Part shown: piece after piece, positions 7,021 through 16,424 of the stretch
Layout: each line of letters begins with the position of its first letter
Position numbering within the stretch: the first letter of the stretch is position 1
From: a virus
IMG/VR virus record: IMGVR_UViG_3300028742_000001
Strand: one strand, 5' to 3'
DNA: 64,000 nucleotides
Position numbers and translations under genes: made by a program
Notes under the pieces: generated by a model
Seen by the model: the letters and a program-made list of their open reading frames with translations, nothing else
Databases searched by the model: none
What the model was told of the DNA's origin: nothing

Positions 7021-7478
7021 GCGATAAACCAGCCTCCCCAGCACAAATAAGTGACGAGCGGAAGAATTGCAAACATATCGTGATGACCAACTTCTGTGTC
7101 GCTTGTGGCGCAGGTCCGTTGGAACCAGTTGAAGCGCCCAAGCACACTATTAACGCTCAAGGTATCTGCGAGCAGTGCGAACCGGAAATAGCTGCCAAGT
7201 GTGAACCAGTTGAAGTGGTAAGCACTGCGCCAAAGGAGATTTGCGATAAGTGTGGTGCGTCAATTTACTTCAGCGAAGGCAGTCAGCGATGGACCCTAAA
7301 CGATGGATCAGGGCGCAATATATGCCCCGTAGTAAAGGGTATAGCCCCCAAACATAGTCCTAAAGTTTCAGGTAATCCGTGGGACAGTGAGCGCATCACG
7401 GGATACAAAAGCAAGGTAAGTACTCCTCTACCGCAACAGGCCAAGGGAGAAGCAGTGAAACCAGCTCGTGGGAATTAG
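7017..7478 (+). CDS. Multi-CxxC zinc-ribbon protein (153 aa)
   Basis: ATGA overlap with 6835..7020. CKH..CVACG, CEQCEP, CDKCG motifs. Confidence 0.65.
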   Translation: MSDKPASPAQISDERKNCKHIVMTNFCVACGAGPLEPVEAPKHTINAQGICEQCEPEIAAKCEPVEVVSTAPKEICDKCGASIYFSEGSQRWTLNDGSGRNICPVVKGIAPKHSPKVSGNPWDSERITGYKSKVSTPLPQQAKGEAVKPARGN

Positions 7479-7612
7479 TGAAGGAAGTGTCCGAGGAGCA
7501 TAGAGAGCGTGCCGAACTAGCTGAAGCCTCCTTAGCTGCCACACAGAAAGAGATAGAGGAGCTGAAGCGATGAATCAACATACTGAGAGGGTGGGAAATG
7601 TAATTTTAGTAG

Positions 7613-7641
7613 TTGACATCTGGGAGCTGATGTGGTAAGCT
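7613..7641 (+). promoter_or_regulatory. Sigma70-type promoter TTGACA-N17-TAAGCT (TGg extended -10)
   Basis: Exact -35 and 17-nt spacer in the 319-nt gap. Confidence 0.65.
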
Positions 7642-7647
7642 AGTATT

Positions 7648-7736
7648 AGGTGAGGGGCCAGTCTAGGGGCACCGCAAGGGTAAGTCCGAAGCATCTTATC
7701 CTTCAATGGTAGGATAGCCAATTGACGCCCTCACCT
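7648..7736 (+). ncRNA. Structured RNA domain closed by a 10-bp stem, starting at the predicted TSS
   Basis: AGGTGAGGGGC (7648-7658) pairs with GCCCTCACCT (7727-7736) with one bulged G. Internal hairpin TTATCC-ttcaatggta-GGATAG. No family recognised. Confidence 0.4.
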
Positions 7737-7797
7737 AGCTCCTACTCCTCAATAGAGGAGGGAAGCTGTAGGTACGCCGGGTAGCAGCGACCGGCTT

Positions 7798-8709
7798 GTG
7801 GAAACTGACATAGTGAGTGAAATCGCAATTGTAGGACAGCCGCAGGGTTCAGGTCTCGCGACCACCCCAGCAGCGCAAGCAGTACAGAAGTTCAGCAGCA
7901 AGGTCAATTTTGGATCGAAGTTCGCAAAGGTCAAGCCCGGTACCGTCAACATCGTTCAGCCGAACTCTCAGGCCGAGGGCGCTATCAAAGGCAACCTTCG
8001 TATCCATGAAACAGGAGACCAATTTAAAGAAATGCGCGTTGCGCTCCTCTTGGAACCGGTCGAGCAGCGTGCTTACTACATCGGTCAGGGCGACGGTCAG
8101 ATGAATCGTACTCCTGAGAACCTGATGTGCTTCTCGCGCGATATGAAGCAGCCTGACGCGAAGGCAAAAGTGCCGCAGAGCTTTACGTGCGCCGGTTGTC
8201 CGAACGCTTCTTGGGACAAGTACCGTCAGACGAAGAGCAAGAACGACATTCCGCCGTGCGATGCTTACTACCACGTCGTCATGATCGACGGAAACTTCAA
8301 GCTGCCGTTGCAGATGTATGTTCGTTCGAAGAGCAAGAAGCCCTTCGACACGATCATGGAAAACGTAACGCGTACGCTTCTGAAGTACCGGTCTCAGACT
8401 GGAATCGAGCCCGACTACTTCGACTGCACATTCACACTGTTCACGAAGGCTGAGAAGAATAATAACGGTACCACGACTTACGTCCTGGCCGGTAAGGACT
8501 TCTCGATCATCACTCCTGAAGAGCGTGAAGAATTCGGTGAAGTGTTCGCTAACTTCGTAGCTGCCCGTACCTCAGCCGGTCCTGAAGGTGTCGACGTTGA
8601 GACGAAGCAGATCGCAGCAAACGTACAGTCCGTGGATGACATCGCTACCGGCGACACCAAGGTACTTGAACCTGAGTACGTGGCTGAGACGGAAGAGATC
8701 GCAATCTAA
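7798..8709 (+). CDS. Hypothetical protein; possible ssDNA-binding or annealing protein
   Basis: 303-aa ORF with a GTG start and no SD. Cys cluster MCFSRD..CAGCP..PPCD. Acidic C-terminal tail EPEYVAETEEIAI. The functional call is weak. Confidence 0.6.
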   Translation: METDIVSEIAIVGQPQGSGLATTPAAQAVQKFSSKVNFGSKFAKVKPGTVNIVQPNSQAEGAIKGNLRIHETGDQFKEMRVALLLEPVEQRAYYIGQGDGQMNRTPENLMCFSRDMKQPDAKAKVPQSFTCAGCPNASWDKYRQTKSKNDIPPCDAYYHVVMIDGNFKLPLQMYVRSKSKKPFDTIMENVTRTLLKYRSQTGIEPDYFDCTFTLFTKAEKNNNGTTTYVLAGKDFSIITPEEREEFGEVFANFVAARTSAGPEGVDVETKQIAANVQSVDDIATGDTKVLEPEYVAETEEIAI

Positions 8710-8714
8710 CAAAG

Positions 8715-8763
8715 CTTGTTCAGCAGGCCGTAGGTTCGCTACCAGCGGGAGACACTGAACAAG
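8715..8763 (+). other. Long hairpin (9-bp outer stem CTTGTTCAG / CTGAACAAG) with no T-run
   Basis: Read directly, 6 nt after the stop of 7798..8709. Inner CCG-TAG ... CTA-CGG pairing. Confidence 0.5.
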
Positions 8764-8876
8764 AGGTGCGCGGGGTACCTCGGCGTGAGCCAAAACCCCG
8801 ACAATTTGAAGTCCCGCTGATGCGGCGTGCTGGGGGCCACGAGACAAGCTCCCTGATTTATAAAAGAGGACTTGAC

Positions 8877-9092
8877 ATGCACGCAGAGTTTGAAGTACAC
8901 TTGTTGAATGATCTGGGAATAGCAAAAGCAAAGCGCATCGCACAGGAGTTTGACGACTTCCTTACGAAGATTGAAAACCTCGTACCACAGGGTCGCAGCT
9001 TTTCCATCGTGAAAACTAAGCTCGAAGAAGCGTCCTTCTTTGCCAAGAAGGGCATGGCATCGGAACCATATAACCAGAAGGCACAAGGATAA
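8877..9092 (+). CDS. Small hypothetical protein (71 aa)
   Basis: AAGAGGA SD 6 nt before ATG8877. The longer track ORF from 8766 lacks an SD. Confidence 0.65.
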   Translation: MHAEFEVHLLNDLGIAKAKRIAQEFDDFLTKIENLVPQGRSFSIVKTKLEEASFFAKKGMASEPYNQKAQG

Positions 9093-9096
9093 TTCA

Positions 9097-10278
9097 TTGT
9101 TCATTCACGAGTACCTAGATATCGAGAAACTGAAGTCCCACGTTGAAGCCGGTCTTGTAGACATGCGCTCACATAAAACCCTACCTCTCGTCATCTATTG
9201 CTACTCGCGGAAGGCAATGCAAGATGATCTTTGGGATTCTGTGACAACGCGCACAAGGGGCCTGATCGTTGAGAGCACCAGCGGCAGGATTATCGCTAGG
9301 CCGTGGGAAAAGTTCTTTAACGTTTCTACGACGTATCGTGAAGAAACATGGCTTACTAACCTTCCTAAGACGCAGCCTACCGTCACGGAAAAGCTCGACG
9401 GATCGATGGGCACGTACTGGAAGTATGAAGAAGCTGACGGTATAGTCCATGAAGGCATCGCTACTAAAGGCTCGTTCCACTCCGAACAGGCTGAATGGGC
9501 GACTGCATGGCTAGCTAAGCACTATATTGACGGCAGTAAAGAACTGACTCATTTCGGACATGCTTGGCCTAAAGGCTACACGCCGATGTTCGAGATCATC
9601 GCCCAGGAAGTTCAATCGCATCCGGTCCACTACGACGCGACTATGGATAATCAGCTAATCCTGACGGCGTGCATCAACAATGAGACCGGCGAGGAACTAT
9701 CACTTATAGACTTAGGCTACTGGGCGTGGCTAAACAACATCCAGTGTGTCGAACACTTCGACAAGACTGTAGGAAAGGTCTTGAACGAAGACCGCAAGAA
9801 TAAAGAGGGCTATGTCCTGACATGGGCACGTACGGGTCAGCCGCCACTGAAGGTCAAGGTGAAGCATGAGAGCTTCTTGCTCATTCAGAAGATCAGCCAC
9901 AACGCGACACCGAAACACATCCTCCAGGCACTCATTGATGGTCGAGCAGAAGACGTGCAGAGGTGGATGGAGACGGAGAGCCCTGAACTTAATCAGTTCG
10001 TGCGCGGATGGTTCATGAGGTTTAGTGAGGCCTTCGGCAAGATTGGCCTCAAGGTGCGCGAGACGGTCATCAAGGCAAAGACGAGCTGCACTACGCGTAA
10101 GGAGACGGCACTGTTCCTGGCCAAAAAAGAGAACGTACTGTACGCGTCGGCAGCATTCGCCATGATCGACGAAAAGGATTGGGGCAAAGTTGTCTGGAAG
10201 ATGATCAAGGAAAGCATCGCCAACGAAGAGGACGTCTTCTTCATGAAGGACGATGAGACTGACGAGGATAAGGAATGA
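9097..10278 (+). CDS. RNA ligase, T4 RnlA (Rnl1) family
   Basis: By-eye alignment to T4 Rnl1: TRGLIVE...ARPWEKFFNV (T4 CRGIMFE..SRPMEKFFNL), TEKLDGSMGTY (motif I KxDG), KGSFHSEQA, FEIIA, NKEGYVL..LKVKVK. TTG9097 with AAGGA SD; ATG9163 is the alternative start. Confidence 0.85.
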   Translation: MFIHEYLDIEKLKSHVEAGLVDMRSHKTLPLVIYCYSRKAMQDDLWDSVTTRTRGLIVESTSGRIIARPWEKFFNVSTTYREETWLTNLPKTQPTVTEKLDGSMGTYWKYEEADGIVHEGIATKGSFHSEQAEWATAWLAKHYIDGSKELTHFGHAWPKGYTPMFEIIAQEVQSHPVHYDATMDNQLILTACINNETGEELSLIDLGYWAWLNNIQCVEHFDKTVGKVLNEDRKNKEGYVLTWARTGQPPLKVKVKHESFLLIQKISHNATPKHILQALIDGRAEDVQRWMETESPELNQFVRGWFMRFSEAFGKIGLKVRETVIKAKTSCTTRKETALFLAKKENVLYASAAFAMIDEKDWGKVVWKMIKESIANEEDVFFMKDDETDEDKE

Positions 10279-10535
10279 AGAGCATTTTAGCAGGAGTAGC
10301 CCTAGCGGTTGTGATCTTCTCCGCACTCAAGCTGACAGCAGTCAAGGCCGACGAAGCCGGTAACCATCGGATATACCTGACGGGTTACAACACGTTCCAG
10401 AATGAAGACACGACCGCCGAGATATTCCGTGACAGCAAGACGAACACGGAGTTCATCTGCTTCCGTCACCAGTACAACGCTCAAGATAACTTCTCCTGTG
10501 TGCAACTCGATCCTACAAAGGTCGTGAAGCCATGA
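10275..10535 (+). CDS. Small secreted protein
   Basis: ATGA overlap. Signal peptide MKSILAGVALAVVIFSALKLTAVKA. Confidence 0.65.
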   Translation: MKSILAGVALAVVIFSALKLTAVKADEAGNHRIYLTGYNTFQNEDTTAEIFRDSKTNTEFICFRHQYNAQDNFSCVQLDPTKVVKP

Positions 10536-10924
10536 CACACCCAGCAGAACCCAAAAGCATAGCAGTGGATTTTGACGAGACGCTTGTATCCAGTACATTT
10601 CCAACTATCCACGGTGTAAAGCCAGGGGCCAAAGAAGCTCTCCAAGCTTTCCGTGATATGGGATACAAGATCATCATATCGTCCTGCCGGTCTTGCGGGT
10701 GGAATTGGGAATGCTACTATGGTGACACGCCGTTCAAGCACGCTACTGAACGGGATATCCACAAAGCAATGGTGCGCTTTTTAGATGACAACGGGATTCC
10801 GTACGACGAGATCGATACCGGTGACAAAGGTAAGGTCAGCGCAGTTTTTATGATAGACGACAAAGGGGTACGGTTTGAAAACAACTGGCCCGAGATCGTT
10901 GAGTTCGTTCGCAGTAGATCGTAA
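10532..10924 (+). CDS. HAD-superfamily phosphatase (DxDxT)
   Basis: ATGA overlap. IAVDFDETLV (motif I), IISSCR, MIDDKG (motif IV). Confidence 0.8.
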   Translation: MTHPAEPKSIAVDFDETLVSSTFPTIHGVKPGAKEALQAFRDMGYKIIISSCRSCGWNWECYYGDTPFKHATERDIHKAMVRFLDDNGIPYDEIDTGDKGKVSAVFMIDDKGVRFENNWPEIVEFVRSRS

Positions 10925-10932
10925 GAGGCAAC

Positions 10933-11670
10933 ATGGATGTAGTACTTAACGCCCCGGTCGCTATCCACGGTGACGCGGTAGCTGGAGAGGATGTAACCCT
11001 CCGCAATCAGCTTGAAGGGTTGATTGAAAACGTCAACAAGTCGGCCTTTGATATTTCAGAGTTAGCGTTCAAGGTCAAGTCAAAGGGCTACTACGCCAAG
11101 TGGGGCTTTACTACGTTTCAAGAGTACGGCAAGAGTTTACCTATCAAGACACGCAAGTTACAGTATCTTGTACGTATAGCCGAGATCATGGACCAGGTAG
11201 GTATTAAGCGTACCGAATACGAGCCTGTAGGTATCGCCAAGCTGCGAGAGATCACATCTCTCACACCGGGCGAAGTCTGGAAGAACCCAGAAACATCAGC
11301 GGAAACGCCGATAACCGTCTTCATTCAAGGAATGGTTGAGGGTCACAAAGACCTAAGCCTGGAAACGATTAAAGGCCACGTTAAGACCCTTAAAGGGCTT
11401 ACTGAAGAGAACGAGCTTGTTTGGCTTCAGTTCTATATTAAGAAATCAGTGCTTGACAATGTATTACGTCCGGCGTTAGAATTGGCAAAGGCCCATATTG
11501 GAAGTGTAGGCAAAGACGATGAGGGCATCAGTCAGGACGCAACAGACGGTTCTGCAATTGAGGTCATAGCCATCGAATACATGAACGATCCACAGAACGA
11601 CTACGCGTCTCTAAACAATCTAAACAATCTAAACGCAGTCGAAGAGGAAGAATCAGATGACGTATCCTGA
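10933..11670 (+). CDS. Hypothetical protein with acidic C-terminus
   Basis: 245-aa ORF. C-terminal LNNLNNLN is encoded by a 9-nt tandem repeat at 11611-11634. Confidence 0.7.
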   Translation: MDVVLNAPVAIHGDAVAGEDVTLRNQLEGLIENVNKSAFDISELAFKVKSKGYYAKWGFTTFQEYGKSLPIKTRKLQYLVRIAEIMDQVGIKRTEYEPVGIAKLREITSLTPGEVWKNPETSAETPITVFIQGMVEGHKDLSLETIKGHVKTLKGLTEENELVWLQFYIKKSVLDNVLRPALELAKAHIGSVGKDDEGISQDATDGSAIEVIAIEYMNDPQNDYASLNNLNNLNAVEEEESDDVS

Positions 11671-12070
11671 AAATGTAAGACACGGCTTGTGGGGCGTGGT
11701 AGGCATCCTTATCCCATCCCTGATCGTGGTCGCAGCCTACGGAGTCCCTTCAATAGTAGCGTTCGTAGCGATCTTCATGGCCTTCATGATCGGCGAGCAG
11801 CGCGGTAAGCGCGAAACTGGAGACTCATATCGAGAGGTTCTTCAAGAGGCGCATGATGACCTTAAAGAAGCTAAGAAAATCATCGACATCCTCAAGGACC
11901 AGAAAGACCACTGGTACGGGAGCTATAAGCTTGCGACGAAAAATTGGCACCAGACTATGGACTCAAAGTATGCAGCCCTCCGCGAGCTGGCAGCTACCAG
12001 AGGTAAGCTCGATATCGCTGGAAAGAAAGTTCAACGTTTGACGGAAAGGTTTGTTCGCAATGGCAAATAA
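11657..12070 (+). CDS. Membrane protein with coiled-coil C-terminus
   Basis: Two hydrophobic helices (GLWGVVGILIPSLIVVAAYGVPSIVAFVAIFMAFMI). Confidence 0.65.
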   Translation: MTYPENVRHGLWGVVGILIPSLIVVAAYGVPSIVAFVAIFMAFMIGEQRGKRETGDSYREVLQEAHDDLKEAKKIIDILKDQKDHWYGSYKLATKNWHQTMDSKYAALRELAATRGKLDIAGKKVQRLTERFVRNGK

Positions 12071-12551
12071 TGGTTGGGTAGGAATAGATTTAGACGGGAC
12101 ACTCGCCGAGTACGACGGCTTCAAAGGGCCAGGCATCATCGGTGAGCCGGTACCACGGATGGTCAAACTCGTCAAGAAGTTTCTGGCCGAGGGTCAGGAA
12201 GTTCGCATCTTCACGGCACGTGTCTATTCGAACGGATCGCCTAATAGGACCGCCGACGCGCGTATCGCGTACGAAGCTATCCTAACCTGGACTGAGAAGC
12301 ACATCGGTGTGCCACTCAAGGCAACATGTGTCAAAGACTACTCCATGTGGGTTCTCTATGACGACCGCGCAAAGCAAGTAGTTCCGAACACAGGACGTAT
12401 CATAGGCGACGACGACGCTCTCCTGGCTCCGGTCACTACAGTCGAAGCTGCTACGTTGGCTATCGCCGGGATGAAGTTCACACCCTACGAGGCCGACAAC
12501 TTCAAGAAGTTGATCGACAAGCTGACAATTCAACCGCCAGCAAAGTTCTAA
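12060..12551 (+). CDS. HAD-superfamily phosphatase, paralogous class to 10532..10924
   Basis: VGIDLDGTLA (DxDxT), RIFTAR, VLYDDRA. GGAAAGG SD 9 nt before ATG12060. Confidence 0.8.
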   Translation: MANNGWVGIDLDGTLAEYDGFKGPGIIGEPVPRMVKLVKKFLAEGQEVRIFTARVYSNGSPNRTADARIAYEAILTWTEKHIGVPLKATCVKDYSMWVLYDDRAKQVVPNTGRIIGDDDALLAPVTTVEAATLAIAGMKFTPYEADNFKKLIDKLTIQPPAKF

Positions 12552-12560
12552 AGGAGCAAC

Positions 12561-12935
12561 ATGTCATATAATTACGATATCAGCAAGGTCATCTTGCTCG
12601 GTAAGACTTTTACGCGTGAGGATGCCTATCGTCTGAAGTTCATTATCGACCAGCAGACTGAGAAGACCAGTAAAGATGAGGCAATCGTTATCGAGGGTGT
12701 TGAAGTCATTCAAAGCGTTTCCTACGCACCACAACGGGTATATCTTCATCCGTTCACTTTGGCTCGTTTCCTCAAATCGACAAAGTTCAACAGTCCTATC
12801 GACGTCCTCAAGACTAATGCCCACAAGGTTCACGAGTACCTTACGCCTTTGAGTGAGTCTGAGCTTGCCACTCTGAAGATGTGTGACCTGTCGGCCAAGG
12901 AGCAATACAAACGAATACTCAACGGCGAGGAGTAA
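12561..12935 (+). CDS. Hypothetical protein (124 aa)
   Basis: AAAGGAG SD. No motif recognised. Confidence 0.7.
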   Translation: MSYNYDISKVILLGKTFTREDAYRLKFIIDQQTEKTSKDEAIVIEGVEVIQSVSYAPQRVYLHPFTLARFLKSTKFNSPIDVLKTNAHKVHEYLTPLSESELATLKMCDLSAKEQYKRILNGEE

Positions 12936-12939
12936 AACC

Positions 12940-13209
12940 GTGGCGCTGCCTAAAGGAAGGGCGCGTGAGTGCTACATCCGTGATGGTTGGAAGTGCCGAC
13001 ACTGCCAGAATCGCTCAGGACTTCATCCTCATCACGTCATATTCAAAAGTCACGGTGGCAAAGACGAATTGAGCAATCTATTGACGCTCTGTCACCAGTG
13101 CCACATACAAGGGATTCACGAGAGACGTCTGCTGCTGGAAGTCCTCGAAGTTCTACCGAACGATCTAGTAGTGAAATTCACAAGAGTGAAGAATTGGAAA
13201 CCAATATGA
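12940..13209 (+). CDS. HNH endonuclease
   Basis: GTG12940 with GAGGAG SD. CRHCQNRSGLHPHHVIFKSHGGKDELSNLLTLCHQCH. Confidence 0.85.
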   Translation: MALPKGRARECYIRDGWKCRHCQNRSGLHPHHVIFKSHGGKDELSNLLTLCHQCHIQGIHERRLLLEVLEVLPNDLVVKFTRVKNWKPI

Positions 13210-13571
13210 GTTTTGAAGCACGCAAACCAGGAGAGCCTAATAGAATGGCAGACCCAAACGCATCCAAGAACAACGCTCCACAGCAGCAGCAGACCCAGCA
13301 AGGTCTGCCTCAATTGCCAACCGTACGTCCCGTATTCGTGGAGTACGCGTGCGGCCACAACAGCGCATTCACCAACCCCATTCCGGTGTTCCATCCAGCC
13401 GCACGCATCGCGATATCGAATGATGGCGTGATCCGTATCAATGACGGTCAGACTAGATGCATAGTCTGCAACTTCAATGACCGCGTCGTAACCGAGCTCC
13501 AGAAGCAACAGCAAGTCCATGCAGCGCAGCCTCAGGCCGTGACTGATCCGTTGGATATCAACGCCAAGTAG
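13206..13571 (+). CDS. Gln-rich hypothetical protein
   Basis: ATG13206 overlaps the HNH stop by 4 nt. Confidence 0.55.
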   Translation: MSFEARKPGEPNRMADPNASKNNAPQQQQTQQGLPQLPTVRPVFVEYACGHNSAFTNPIPVFHPAARIAISNDGVIRINDGQTRCIVCNFNDRVVTELQKQQQVHAAQPQAVTDPLDINAK

Positions 13572-13585
13572 GTAGCGTAAACCAT

Positions 13586-14071
13586 ATGAGCAAAACGATT
13601 GTAGAATACGGATCAGATAATCTTGTCGACGCTACGAAGGCGTTGGCAGAGAAAGATATCCCTAACTACGAGATCGTTGTTGCTGATGAAAAAAGAATAC
13701 AGCTTGACCTAGATGACGTGAAGTTCACGGACCCATTGCCAGATAGATTTCAGACCGTGTACAGAATGCTATGTCAAGGTCGAGGCAATATAGTAGCAGG
13801 CTATTACCGCACACAGTCTAAGAGTGGGAACACCCACGTGACGATTCGATTACTCAAATCGATGCCCGTCCATGAGCGTATAGCATGGCAAGCTATATTC
13901 GGCTCCGACTACAAGCGTGAGGCCTTGCACATGATGGCCGTAAGAGCAGATGTAAAGAACGCGATCCTTATGTTTGAACCCAAGGACCGTTCAGAGGAAT
14001 TAGAAGGCATCCCTCCACCAGATGTGGTGCCATCCGTAGGTAGATTTTTCAGGGACGAAGTTGCAGAATAG
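13586..14071 (+). CDS. Hypothetical protein (161 aa)
   Basis: Long ORF. No motif recognised. Confidence 0.7.
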   Translation: MSKTIVEYGSDNLVDATKALAEKDIPNYEIVVADEKRIQLDLDDVKFTDPLPDRFQTVYRMLCQGRGNIVAGYYRTQSKSGNTHVTIRLLKSMPVHERIAWQAIFGSDYKREALHMMAVRADVKNAILMFEPKDRSEELEGIPPPDVVPSVGRFFRDEVAE

Positions 14072-14095
14072 ACCGTACCGTCCGACAAGTAACGT

Positions 14096-14608
14096 ATGGC
14101 TAAGCTAAAAGACCTGACAGGTAAACGTTTCGGAAAGCTTGTGGCTGTGGAACGTTTATCAGTCAGACGTAGTAGGTGGTCGTGTAGGTGCGATTGCGGA
14201 AACGTTGTGGTTGTGTTGACCACATCCTTGACTAAGGGCAAGCCAACTCAAAGTTGTGGGTGTGTAAATGTACATAAAATGCGACCATTTGAGCACACAT
14301 TCAACAGAATAAAAGAGGCAGCTTCACGTAGGAATATAACGATGGAGCTAACTTACAAAGACCTTTTAGAATTTGTAAAAGAAAAAGTTTGTCACTACTG
14401 TTACGCTCCTATAAATTGGATTGAGTATAACGGAGGTGGTCGCTACAACCTAGATCGAATGGATAGTTCTCTAGGCTACAGCAAAGACAATGTTGTTGTC
14501 TGCTGTCCTCGCTGCAACCTCGCTAAGGCCAACCGATTCTCTTATAGAGAGTGGTTCAGCATGACGGCTATTTTCCGTCGCGACAGTGGTGAGTTTTCAA
14601 GGGCATAA
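14096..14608 (+). CDS. HNH-type homing-endonuclease-like protein
   Basis: N-terminal GKRFGKLVAVE...CRCDCG...SCGC module. C-terminal CHYC...LDRMDSSLGYSKDNVVVCCPRCNLAKAN. Visibly AT-richer than its flanks. Confidence 0.8.
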   Translation: MAKLKDLTGKRFGKLVAVERLSVRRSRWSCRCDCGNVVVVLTTSLTKGKPTQSCGCVNVHKMRPFEHTFNRIKEAASRRNITMELTYKDLLEFVKEKVCHYCYAPINWIEYNGGGRYNLDRMDSSLGYSKDNVVVCCPRCNLAKANRFSYREWFSMTAIFRRDSGEFSRA

Positions 14609-16339
14609 ATGCAGCAAAGACAATACCAAAAAGATGCACACAGTTCTATACGTGCAGAGTTTGCCAAAGGAACTCACAGACAATTGGTCCAGATGGGCAC
14701 CGGTCTAGGAAAGACTCACGTAGTAAGTGAACTCCCTGATGCCATGCCTGAACTACCAGGCCAGATGTTAGTACTAGCGCACACCGAAGAGCTAGTGGAC
14801 CAAATGGTCTCCAAAGTTCGTCTCATTAATCCTACATTACGTGTTGATAAGGAGATGGCTAAGCATAGGGCTGACCCATCATTGGCCGACTGTATTGTAG
14901 CGTCTGTAGCTTCCTTAGGCCGTAAAGACTCTAGTAGGTTATCTAAATACAACTGGCCGACCGTAACCAAAATAGTAACGGATGAAGCGCATCATAGCTT
15001 GGGACAGACGTACATAAATATTTATGAAGCTTCTGGTATTCTAGAAGATCCTACACGCCTGTTACTTGGCGTCACTGCTACGCCTTCACGCGGCGATGGC
15101 AAAGGGTTATCTCAGATATACCAAAAGATCAGTTACATATACAGCATGCGCGACGGCATAAAAGATGGATGGCTATCACAGCCTAGAGGTGTGCGCGTAA
15201 ATACGGGTACTTCCCTCGACCACATTAAAACTATTGCTGGAGACTACGCTTTAGACGAGTTAGCTGATACGGTGAACACTCCGATCAGAAATGAGTTGAT
15301 TGTGCGTGCGTGGCAGTCTAAAGGGAATAATAGATCGACTGTAGCCTTTACTGTTGACATAGCACATGCTAAAGATCTAGCACAAGCGTTCCGCAATGCC
15401 GGTGTTGTAGCCGAGGCTATCTGGGGTGATGATCCTGATCGGAAGCAGAAACTAGAGGATCATCGCGCAGGTAAAATTAAGATTCTAACCAACTGCTCTG
15501 TACTTGTAGAAGGATACGACGATTGGCGCATAGGTTGCATCATACTCGCGCGACCCACCAAGAGTAGCTCAAGGTTCATCCAGATGGTAGGCCGAGGGAC
15601 ACGTCTCGAAGAGGGCTATGGCAACCTCATAGAGGCGCGTCAGGCACACGATCACCTAACCCCAGGATATCCTCCCAAAGAATACCCATTCAAGCAGGAC
15701 TGCATAATTATTGATGTTGTGGACAGCTCTAATAAGCTAAGCCTCATTACACTCCCAACCTTGATGGGCCTAGCAGCTAATATAGACCTTCAGGGTCATG
15801 GCGTATACGATGCAGCAAAGAAGATCGAAGAGGAGGCCAAGAAGTATCCTCATATCGACTTCACTAAGCTGGTCGACTTCGGAAACATTGACAACTTTAT
15901 CCAAGAAGTTAACCTATTCGATGTCAAGTTTTTACCAGTGGTAGAAAACAACTCGGACTTCACATGGTATCCGAGCGCGACCGGTGGCTATATCCTGATG
16001 CTGCCGAAGCAGAATCCGGCCCAGGTCGCAGATCGAGTGACCATCGAAGCGAATTTGTTTGACAGGTATGAAATACGTGCTACAATCAAGGGTAAGAAGT
16101 ACAAAGGAGAACGGGAGACTATCGAGGATGCCTTTACAGCCGCCGATGGTATCATCCGGTCTACTTCATCTGAAGCCCTGAAGGTGCTGAGTCGCGAGGC
16201 CACGTGGCACAAAGATCCAGCAACCGAGGGTCAACTCAAGATGCTCAAGAAGCTCTACCCTGGCCGCGCATTTCCACCAGATATCGACAAAGGAAAAGCG
16301 AGCAGGTTGATTAGCTCGATGATTGCAGGAAGGGCATAA
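14609..16339 (+). CDS. Superfamily-2 DEAD/DEAH-box helicase
   Basis: GTGLGKT (Walker A), TDEAHHS (DEAH), TATPSR, VEGYD, MVGRGTR motifs. Confidence 0.9.
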   Translation: MQQRQYQKDAHSSIRAEFAKGTHRQLVQMGTGLGKTHVVSELPDAMPELPGQMLVLAHTEELVDQMVSKVRLINPTLRVDKEMAKHRADPSLADCIVASVASLGRKDSSRLSKYNWPTVTKIVTDEAHHSLGQTYINIYEASGILEDPTRLLLGVTATPSRGDGKGLSQIYQKISYIYSMRDGIKDGWLSQPRGVRVNTGTSLDHIKTIAGDYALDELADTVNTPIRNELIVRAWQSKGNNRSTVAFTVDIAHAKDLAQAFRNAGVVAEAIWGDDPDRKQKLEDHRAGKIKILTNCSVLVEGYDDWRIGCIILARPTKSSSRFIQMVGRGTRLEEGYGNLIEARQAHDHLTPGYPPKEYPFKQDCIIIDVVDSSNKLSLITLPTLMGLAANIDLQGHGVYDAAKKIEEEAKKYPHIDFTKLVDFGNIDNFIQEVNLFDVKFLPVVENNSDFTWYPSATGGYILMLPKQNPAQVADRVTIEANLFDRYEIRATIKGKKYKGERETIEDAFTAADGIIRSTSSEALKVLSREATWHKDPATEGQLKMLKKLYPGRAFPPDIDKGKASRLISSMIAGRA

Positions 16340-16424
16340 CTATGGTTGAATCAATTGCCGAGATGGAAAGCTGCTCACAAAAATAGCGGAATTAGTTGGC
16401 TATGTCCCGAAGGAAGAGGCGTAA

